Origin: Tubiluchus corallicola
Taxonomy: Eukaryota; Animalia; Priapulida
NCBI GenBank assembly: GCA_030141605.1
Contig: JAQGDQ010000261.1
Span: 1 to 64,000 of the forward strand
Length of the DNA stretch: 64,000 bases
Direction: 5' to 3'
Shown here: positions 54,001 to 64,000 of the stretch, in pieces
How positions within the stretch are numbered: position 1 is the stretch's first letter
Layout of the letters: each line of letters starts with the position of its first letter
The notes under the pieces: model-generated
What the model saw: only the letters and a program-made list of their open reading frames with translations
Told to the model about the DNA's origin: nothing
Database searches by the model: none
Program-made: the position numbers and the translations under genes

Positions 54001-57000
54001 TGTTTTTGTTAACAATATGACGATAGGATGGACATCGAGATTATGACTACTAAGCAGCTTGAACTGCCCAGATGGTGACATTGATTGACTATAATGTATA
54101 ATGTGTCATTATATATTTCAAGTGTGGTAATGCCTGTAAAAGTTTGTTGACTGAAGACAAAATAATGTTGCTTTTGATTGTATGTACTTTATCACATGGT
54201 GGTGACTACGAGACTGCTGCAAATAAGTCTTACTGCAAGTTTTTGTTTTTCATTTCGAAAGTTAAAATTTCATTTTGCAGTTTAGTATTATTTCTATTCT
54301 GAATTACGCATATATGGGGGTTCCATAATCTTTTCAGTGCTTTGTGCCTCTTGAGGTTTTAATCTAGTTTTGCATTATTGGCTCTGTTTTATTCCAATTA
54401 TTTAGAATATAATGCATAGATTTCAAGCTTTATAACTTAACACCAGAGCTCTAACAATTGTCATAATATTTTTCAAATTTTTGTGTAACGTGCGCTGCTT
54501 ACTAATACTTAGTATGCAACACGTATATGCAGATGTAACGTTTTATACCGTTGTTTTTGCGGGTAGTAGCGAGATGCTGACTGAAGGCAAAAAACACTGT
54601 GACCTGAAAAGTCGTATGACCCATACACCTAAAGGATCTACGTACCGCAAGGGTCTATTAGGGACACATTTTTATTCATTATTTCCCATGATCTCATTTA
54701 CCCATTATATCCTCAACTTTGTAGATAAAACTATTTGAATTAATTATGCTTACTATTAATTAATTATACTTATTATCATTATAATTATAATTAATTATTA
54801 ATTAATTATAGTTAAACTATATTGTTTCTTTCTAAAATGCAAATTTTGATGTGGTGAATAATATCAAAAGTTTAAAAGTAGCAGACTGGTTTAACATGAA
54901 TCATCTGCAAACTAACCCAGAAGAATTCCAGGGCTTATCTATCGGAAGAGAAGCGTCTTCCAGATGCAAGACGTCAATGTTGATGCATAAATAGTACTAA
55001 ACTCTGAGAAAAACACAGTAATTATCGATTCAGAATGACACTTAGTGAACACATTTCAAATTTTGTAGTAAGGCAACTAAATGAAGGAGAAGAATCTTAA
55101 ACTTATTCAATAGGATGAAGATGTTTATAAAATTTTAGATGGCCCTAGACTTTATATATCTGGTTTTCCGAACAAAAAGTCATGTACCTACAGTTTTATA
55201 AAAGTGTGGAATAAATTAGATGCACCTAATTTCAAAACTACAAAGAAAAAAAAACAGTTTCAGATACGTCGTTACCCAAATATGGGAATGATTTACGAAA
55301 CTGCGTTCGCACTCGAAAAGTTTTAAAGATTTTAAAAGTGTAATAAACGTCTAGAATGGAAAAAAGAGTAAATGTGCTATGTGAAGATTTGCAAATTAAC
55401 CATTTTAGTTGCTACTATTGAATTTCACTTTTTACCTCTTTTAATGCAAGTATTTTTGCAATACTTTCATGTTACTGTCAAGTTTGTCAGATTGCGGTCA
55501 AAAAGCTTATCAGCACTTTATAAAGACTGAATTCAATTAAATTGAATTGAATTGCATTAGAAAATTATTCAGTGTTAACTCGGTAATTAAGGTTATAAAT
55601 TTCTCTTAAGTTTTAGTCAAATTATTTGCCAAAATGTGGATAAGTATCGCGATATTTTCTCAATTATAGATTACTGTTCTTGGTTTATGAAGCATGTTAG
55701 TTATTAGTTAATATTTCCAACATGGATGCTTTTTTGAGCAAATTTATGTAAATAGGGAAAAATGATGTCTTGGAGAAATTTTGATACCTTTGCTCCTGGT
55801 GAAGATGTGGAAATGGTGCATTTCCTCAAGGCGATTTCTGACGGACGCATCATCATATTTGCTACAAAGGTAAAAAAAATATAATAAACACGCAGTATAG
55901 GTTTCCCCAGGATAAAATTGTCACTTTTTTCTGCATAGTGCAAGCGCAATCTGGTAGTTATGGTTGTGGTTGTAACGGGACCAGAATCTAGACAATTATC
56001 TAAGGTGATAGCTAACAAGACAGATTTTTCGGGTGCAAATGTATCCCCCTCAAAAAGTGAAACAGCTGGAGCCAGTTCATGATGGATGAAAGCACACAGA
56101 AGCAGTTTTAATTAAGTCCGTCACCCAGTCACTTAATAAACAAATGTGGCGTTTGGAATACAAATCTGCAAGAAGTGTTTAAAGTGACCAACAGAAAAGC
56201 AATAACAAAAATAAATGAAAATTGTGCGAATTTTCATACATCGTTTTTCATAACCTTAGGCCTTCATTTATTTAAAAGTGTAAAGAAAAGTCGGATTTTT
56301 AAGGATAATTTGATAGTTTAAGAGGGCAGAAGCGCTGAAGGTCTGAGGTTCCTAAATTACCCTTTATTTAGTAACCAAAGCCGAAAAGCGTGAGTAAAAA
56401 GAGAATCATATTTATATGCAGAACACCATACTTACTTGTGTTTTAAATTGCTACAAAAAAGAGAAACAGTTAATTGAAATGCTAATATATACATTTTACA
56501 ATATTTACCTACACAAGCAAGATTATTAACAGTGCAACAAACAAACAATATTAATTAACATAAACATAAACATTTATCAAAACTAATTCATAAGGTAACC
56601 GTCAAACGGTTTGTGATGTTCAGTTTAAACATAATTTACTATAGGATTGGATCAGACAGTTTGAACAACATGATTTAGGGTCCTCACCACAACTGACTAC
56701 ATTTATACTATTTGCAAAAACATTTACAGTAAGAATCGACTATAACTACACAAACTGACAAGTTTTACTACAAGATTACATTAGATATTAGTAACAAATG
56801 ACAGTTAGAAAATAATACTGTACGAATATTTATCACTGACGCATTTCATATCAGATAAAAACTACTGGAATCGTTTAGTATGTAATATAAAGTCATGTAT
56901 ACATTGGAATATTTTACAGTTAACAACATAATTAAATTCATCTTTTCAGAATAACAACAACTTCAACAGCTCGTTAGTTCCTAAGGCAGCTATATTAAGG

Positions 57001-58836
57001 TTTTCAGGCAGAAATATTTCATTTAGTTTATCAAACATAACAACCCTAGTTTGTTGATACAATGGGCAGTGCAACAAAAAGTGTTCAACAGAATCAAAAT
57101 CGAAATCCACAGTTACAATTCGGCAATACTGAATGACCGTTATTATCTTCACAGCCTTTACAGAAAAGGTCACAGTTCAGCTGAGAAAATCCGATTTTCA
57201 TGCGCGTATCATGCACAGAAATTGGAGGTTTACCAAATGAAACGTTTCGGCCATAATTTAGAAACTACTAAAACTATAAACTCGTGACTTTCACACCCAA
57301 AAATCAGTATAATGTGATACACTGTGATAATCAGTGAAACTTCATCTTTGCAGGCCACTTGATTGCTAATACTGTACACTAATTTTTGTGTGACACCGAT
57401 ATACAGAGCATAAGCTGCGATGCTCTATAATCTTGTACAGATTGAACTGCTGGTGGCTCCTCGGCACCCTGGGGGGTTCGGGCCTGCAGGTACGGAGGTG
57501 GAGCAGCCTAATAATTCTTTCCACATAAGCACAATTAAACAAAGCTGAATTAAATAACGCTGACTATTTAACTGGATAGAGATTTAAGTATTACAAGGCC
57601 TAAACTAACCATGACAAGATTTTAAACAAATTAAAGAAAAACAGAACAAGGAGATAAAGTGGAGAGACTGATGCCTAACTAGCCATATAGCCGGTAGTAG
57701 GAGAGTTCTAAGTCTGATGGAAGAAACACAAGCACAAGAACAACCAGTTCTCCACGACCCGATTACCACTGTTGCTCCAAAGTACAGCAGGTTTTTACCC
57801 TCCGTTTATAACCTTCCCCAAACTGGTGTACATGTCAGAGACAGCCAAAATGAAACCTGGTTGATTGAAAGCAAAAAGGTGTGAAGATTTAACCAATAAG
57901 AACCGAATTTTTTGTAAAAGAACAATTTAGAAGACTTAGGTTTGAGCTACTTGTACTTTTAGGGGTGACATATAACACCAGTTTGGTAACCATGCCATAC
58001 TTTGGAATGAAGGTAGAGGTTGTGCAGAGTGGACCACCCAAGCGCCTGAGCTACAATATTATAGAACATATGATGCGATGCTCTGTAATAATATGATGCT
58101 GATGAACAAATACTTCAGTAACTTTGGCAAAGTAAAATAAAATATTTTAAAAATCGCAAATTTTGCTTAAATCAAAAATTTATCCTTTTTATTATTTTAG
58201 TAGGTGTAATCATAACACAAATTATTACAATTTGTAACGAATAGATAAGAGTGAAATAGTTGACAGCTGTGGGCATGACTTATGCAACAGTCAAAGTTAA
58301 GTAACGCCAAGTCTGATGGGGCCATCTGTAAACTCTCTCTATGTGGCTTTATTTGCCATATTAACATTTGCCGGACTGTTACTTTTTTGAAGACGGTTGT
58401 AGGCCCTTATACGAATCCGGGCGTGGTTGCTGTACCTGTGCCAGTTTAGCATGTCATAGTAGAAGGTTACTTTCATATTATCATTTCATTATAACTGAAC
58501 CGTACAAAAAAGAGTACAAAAGTAGTTTCAATTGCGCTTTAGAAAATCAGCGTCAATAGGAATGAAGTCGAGTAAAAAGTCATCATTCTAGACATTATTT
58601 GAAACTTTTGCTTGACACTATTGATACTTAACGTCACTCTTGACGCTAATTTCATTACGCGGTTCTAGTCGTGATTCTGCTTGATGTCCTGACGCCATGT
58701 TAGTTGACACACACGCACGCGCACACGCACAACGCACACGCACACGCGCACACACACACACACACACGCACACACACACACTCACGCACGCACACACGCA
58801 CACACGCACGCACACACACACGCGCACACACACACG

Positions 58837-58878
<42 letters not shown>

Positions 58879-58904
58879 CACGCACTCACACACACGCACG
58901 CACG

Positions 58905-58943
<39 letters not shown>

Positions 58944-59877
58944 TTTAACACTCATTGATGCTATTTGATGCTAAGTAACATGAAAAATGCGAAAGTTGTC
59001 AAATTTATGTTTTCACTTGATTATAAATAGATCCCTGTCATTCCCTCTTCTCGTCCTATTCCGCCCCGTCTTGTCCTATCCAATAAAGAAGAGAGCTAAG
59101 GGGATCATCGATACATTATTTTGTTATGCCTCTTTGTAGAGACTGAAGCTTGTTTTAAGAACGAAACGTAGCGGTTCTGACAATTTCGATTTTAATTTTC
59201 AGTATGAAGCAATGGCTCAGTTGAGAAATGAAACTCGTGAACTTTTGAAATTTCTTGGAAGCGAAGAAGAACTAGATTTTGGCACCATGTGGGCCATGAT
59301 TACTCAGAAAAATGGTCAGTAAGTGTGAAAGTCATGTTTGAGGTTGTAGATGAATCATTTTGTAGAAAAAGAATAAAACACTATACTACACATCTGCACA
59401 AAACTGAAAAGCGTTTATTAGACTACATACACATATGTAGAATGACTGCTACACTGAACACTGAGAACAAGAGCACTGCACTGAGAGTGTGAGTTAGACA
59501 GTGAGTAACATGAGTAGCACGACTTCTGCACTGCATTGAGAGTGAGACAGTGACTAGAAAGTAAATCCAGTCAAAATAGGTAATTATGCAAACTTGGCTT
59601 CACAAAAACCATTACTGTAAAATAGGGAGGATCCAGTGAGTATGCTTATTCACTGGACCGTACAATTATACTAGGGGTGAGTTTAGCTAGTAAAATGTAA
59701 AAGGATTAGTTAATAGATGGCAGCACCTAAAAATATACAGTTACAATTTCCACAGTAAGCAAGTGTGCATTTTTGTTAAGAGAATTTAATGATTTTTTTC
59801 TAACTACGTGCCAGTCTTGATGGGCTATGTAATAATTACTGTGATTGTGATTACTGTGACTACTACTACTGCTACTG

Positions 59878-59975
<98 letters not shown>

Positions 59976-60015
59976 ACTGCTACTGCTACTGCTACTGCTA
60001 CTGCTACTGCTACTG

Positions 60016-60084
<69 letters not shown>

Positions 60085-60514
60085 TTCCAAATAAGCAAAC
60101 GCTCTTAATCATTATTATTCTTTTTATTGTTTGAATTTAATGATTTCTAATTTAGTATGCGGTTTTTTTGCACGTGTCCCAACCGGAACACGTTTTTAGC
60201 CAAAACTGAAAACGGCAATAATACCAGCATTCCTTTTTTAGTTAAAGGTCATTTTCAAAATGTTCAATACATGAATTTAAAAAAACAGATGGCATCAGTC
60301 GAACCTATGAACGACAGCAATTAGTGTTGGTTCTTGTTGGTGTTGTTTCTTTCATATTGATGTAATTGTTGTTGACGTCGATGATGATGACGACGACGAT
60401 AATGGTGACTGCGACAATAACAAATACTATGATAACAATGAACAATTACAGTTTAAACATGTACCCATTGGACTTTTCCTTGCTAGGATGTGCAGTTTCT
60501 TGGTACATTTCCGT

Positions 60515-60555
<41 letters not shown>

Positions 60556-63309
60556 TGTGTGCGCGTGTGCATGTTGGTTATCATATAGGTTAAAAATAAG
60601 TCACAAAACGAGTCACTTCAGTTTTCTGTAATCTCGTTTTTACTGTTTTTAGCGAACTTTTCGGGTTTTCGACTGGTGATTGTTTTTGAAACTTCCTATA
60701 GAGAACGGGATTATGTGTGGATGGTACATTATTTATCTAAATTGTTTTTTGTGGGTCAGATTTAGGCTTAACAATTTTAAAATACTTTCCTGCTATTTCT
60801 CACTTGTATTTACTCTTTCTTACTTTACAAACTATTTTCAAGAGGTAGTGTATTATTCAGAGAAATTAGTGAATTAAAGGAAGCGTTCACTAGCAATTAT
60901 CGTGCTTCATTAAGGCAGCTTAAGTCGATCTTGCGGCGCTACGCAACTGAGGACTCGGCAACTGGCTGCAACTGGCGGCATATGGCACGCCGCTAGTTCC
61001 GATTCTATCCAATTGACATAAGCAAGCTTACCACGCAACTCTGCTCAACGCAGCTCAACTCCAGCGAGTTGCACTCGAGGTGTACGGTAACTAAACAGTT
61101 TCACTCGGTTGCTTGAGGATAACTGGGTAAGAGTAAGAGAACAACAATGTAGTAAAAAACATCTTTGATATTTTAGGTATGAAGTTCATGGAAGTTATTA
61201 GCAAATCAATAAGCACTGGAAAATCAACTGTCGTGGGCCTACCAGCTGTAATCATGAGTGAAATCCAGCTGATACCGACTGTAGGTAAGCCTTGTTTACT
61301 AGTAACTGATAACAAAAAATTGTCAGTTAAAAATCTTATTAATAGTTTGCTGTAATAACATTTCGAATATTGATACATACACGTAGGAACTTTTAGTAAA
61401 AAATAATACTGTCTTATTTATCTACGACATTTTAGGGACAAATGTATTACATAATTATGGAAGCATGATGATCTATGTGCAAAGGTGGCTAATTAACCGT
61501 CCAGCCATCCAGCAAACACCAGCCTACCTACTGTCGGGAAATCGCATATATATTTCCCGAAGATAAATTTAATTTTATGTTTCTGTAAAATCACCCCTAA
61601 ATTCTCTAGCATTTTTTCTACTTAATGAATTTTCCTTTAACTACAGTCTTATAATATAGCCTTGAATGTTAAACTTAGATTTGCCCTTAGAATAGGTCTG
61701 TAGGTAGTTTTAGACCATACAAGAATGCATTGCATAAAGCCCACTCTAGATTTAGATTAATTTATGAAGGAAAAGTTTATATAAGACCGCTCTACATGAA
61801 CAACGGAGTCGACTCTCTTAGCTTTCACTGGCTAATAGAGCAATATATAGGCTTATAGTGCTAAATTATAGTTAATATTACAGTGCACCTAACTTGAATT
61901 TGTTACGCGTTATAAGGTGATTATTGTGCTTTAGTGCATTGTGCTATTTGTGATAATATGCTATTCATGTAATTGGTAATATGCAAGTAAACATTTATGA
62001 TAGTTAACTAACACGATATATTTGTGAAATTTGTATTGTGAGGATCAAACTATAGCTTGTGAAGTATGTATTGTCAATGAATTGAATGAATAATTATTTG
62101 TTTTGTTGTGGCCACATTTTAATCAAATCTTGTCTGTTTTTTATTGTTGGTTTGTGAACTTTAGAAATAGGAAATACGAATGACTAAATGAAAATGATTA
62201 AATGTTCAAAGTAGTGAGACACAAACAATTAAAGAAATACATATCGAGGTTTACTTTAGAAATGAATGATCGCACAACCCTATCTTAACGACAATCATAA
62301 AAAGATTATGATTATGAAACGCTCTGACAGTTTCAGTCCTGTTACAAATAGATAACCAGGTTGACGTGCCATAGGTTTCTCCCCTGAGTTTTATTAACGT
62401 AAAAGTCACATACAATAAAACAAATTTTCGATACCTACCTACCTAAATGCCTACCTACCTAACTATATACCTCTCTGCCTACTTTAATGCCTTCCTACCC
62501 ATCTACCTGCCTATTTTCCCTGTTGCCTGCCTACCTATGTACTTTCTTCAATATCAAACACAAACCTACATGCCTATAAACCACCACAAACAAACCCACC
62601 AAAAGGGCAAAAAATCAGAACCACAAAACACCCGTTCACTCACATGGCGACCCACAAATCAGTTAACTGTATTTTTCGTAATTTTGTTTCAGAGGTGGAA
62701 TGTAACTGGACGGCAAGTCCAGAAAACACTAGAAGGAAAGCCTTCTGCAGCAGTACAGAGGGTTATACTGATGTGTGCAATTGTACCGATCCAGCTCCTC
62801 TTTCATTCTCTGTTAAGCCCGTGAGTGCAGAACTAAATTTTTAATGAAGTTATTTGTCAGAATTTAAAGGAATTCAGATATGCGCACCTTGTATTAGTGT
62901 TCAGTGATGTGATGGTCGATGGTGCAGCTATATGTAAAAACTATTCACGCTTTGCGACGCGATCTTATAAATGTATATTATTTTGTTTGATGAATAACTT
63001 GTTCAGAAGTTTATCCAGACACTGGAAATGGACATCATCAACATTACCATCATCATCAACATGGACATTAGTTTGATCGCTTACAACGATTAGGTTACAA
63101 TGCCCTTACACATACCTTCGGGAAGCAATTTCATAGATTCAAATGTGTGTAATAAAGCCATTAAAATGTCAGGTCACTGCACTGTCAAACACGTGAAAAG
63201 AATTTCATGATCTCTTATAAATACTTTATTCATTTCAGATTCACAATAATCGACTTAAGGATATTCCTATTCTCATAATAGCTTGTAACAGACCACATTA
63301 TCTCTATAG
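47266..63309 (+). CDS. POMGNT1: POMGNT1-like gene, tandem copy 2 (5' part; continues beyond the window)
   Basis: Exons 47266-47344 ([26 protein letters not shown], signal-peptide-like), 52281-52402 (…[20 protein letters not shown], matching the start of the POMGNT1 stem), 53574-53654, 55756-55869, 59203-59314, 61177-61284, 62693-62820, 63239-63309. Phases are consistent and the exons are near-identical to copy 1. Confidence 0.87.
48319..48905. repeat. 36-bp minisatellite, about 16 copies
   Basis: Unit ~TACTTACATTTGCTTTATTTACGTTCAAACCGTGCA. It gives 12-aa periodic ORFs in several frames. Confidence 0.92.
50600..51298 (+). repeat. Local duplicate of ~47045-47932 lacking the signal-peptide exon
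   Basis: Collinear with 47059-47932 except that ~47213-47418 is absent. Confidence 0.85.
52536..53210. mobile_element. MITE with TA flanks
   Basis: ta|GGTTTTACACGTCAAATGTAGAC … GTCTACATTTGACACGTTAAACC|ta with repeated internal gtcaaatgtaga motifs. Confidence 0.6.
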
Positions 63310-63331
63310 GTATGTACTCTCTTGCTCTTTG

Positions 63332-63383
<52 letters not shown>

Positions 63384-63446
63384 GCACGCACGCACACCCG
63401 CACACGCACACGCACGCACACCCGCACGCACACACACACACACACA

Positions 63447-63516
<70 letters not shown>

Positions 63517-64000
63517 TAACCGACGAGGCTACAGCTCCGACGACGGCACCATTTTCGGCAATCTATACATCAAACGAAAGGTCTGGATTTATTTTTCGAA
63601 TCGGGCCCACCGGGATGAACGGAAAGATGCCGAGGACTGCGCCAGTAACGGTTAGGTAGCCTATTCGACGGTGGGTGTAATAGTCATATTTAGATTTCGC
63701 GGGAAGGCCACTAACACCCACCACGAACATTTTCCGGGACTCATGTGCGCAAATTTTGCCGAAAACTGGATAAATAACTTCTAGAAAAGGTTAATTTGGG
63801 CTCGTTGGGCAAAAATATTCACACTCACTGAAAGAAGACGAAACGATCTACAAAACGTTGAAGGCTTTTAGGAGATTCGTGTACTGGACGAAACGGGAGG
63901 GGTATTTTTCGAAGTTCTACCCCTATGCTGCACGCAAGTTGGAACATCCATTCTCTTTGAGTGTCAGAAATTTCTGGGCTGTTCTAGGCATTGTTGTCAC
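53498..64000 (+). repeat. Segmental tandem duplication, copy B
   Basis: Direct repeat of 1-~12950. No difference seen in about the first 1.3 kb, then increasing substitutions and indels. Confidence 0.95.

Overview
AT-rich, repeat-laden animal genomic DNA, probably from an invertebrate. The backbone is a ~53.5-kb tandem duplication of a multi-exon, + strand POMGNT1-like (GT13) glycosyltransferase gene. Copy 1 shows its last 16 coding exons (77-39956) and copy 2 its first 8 coding exons (47266-63309). The protein looks divergent and starts with a signal peptide. The most striking object is an 11.1-kb insertion in one intron of copy 1 (23153-34274). It has Polinton/Maverick-type ends (5'-AGTAG...CTACT-3'), a 6-bp target-site duplication (ACCGGG) and TTAGGG-derived subterminal tracts oriented like chromosome ends. 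Its decayed cargo has no recognisable polymerase, integrase, ATPase or capsid. It holds two intron-containing multi-PC4-like genes, a DEDD-like ORF, a TBP-like ORF and a tRNA-like Pol III unit. A P-element/THAP transposon and a hAT MITE are nested inside it. Other content: tandem Helitron-like elements with a nested solo LTR, Penelope fragments with a hammerhead motif, LINE, Tc1/mariner and Kolobok-like relics, an orphan DEG/ENaC-like exon, and micro/minisatellites. All family assignments come from motifs recognised by eye; no database search was run.
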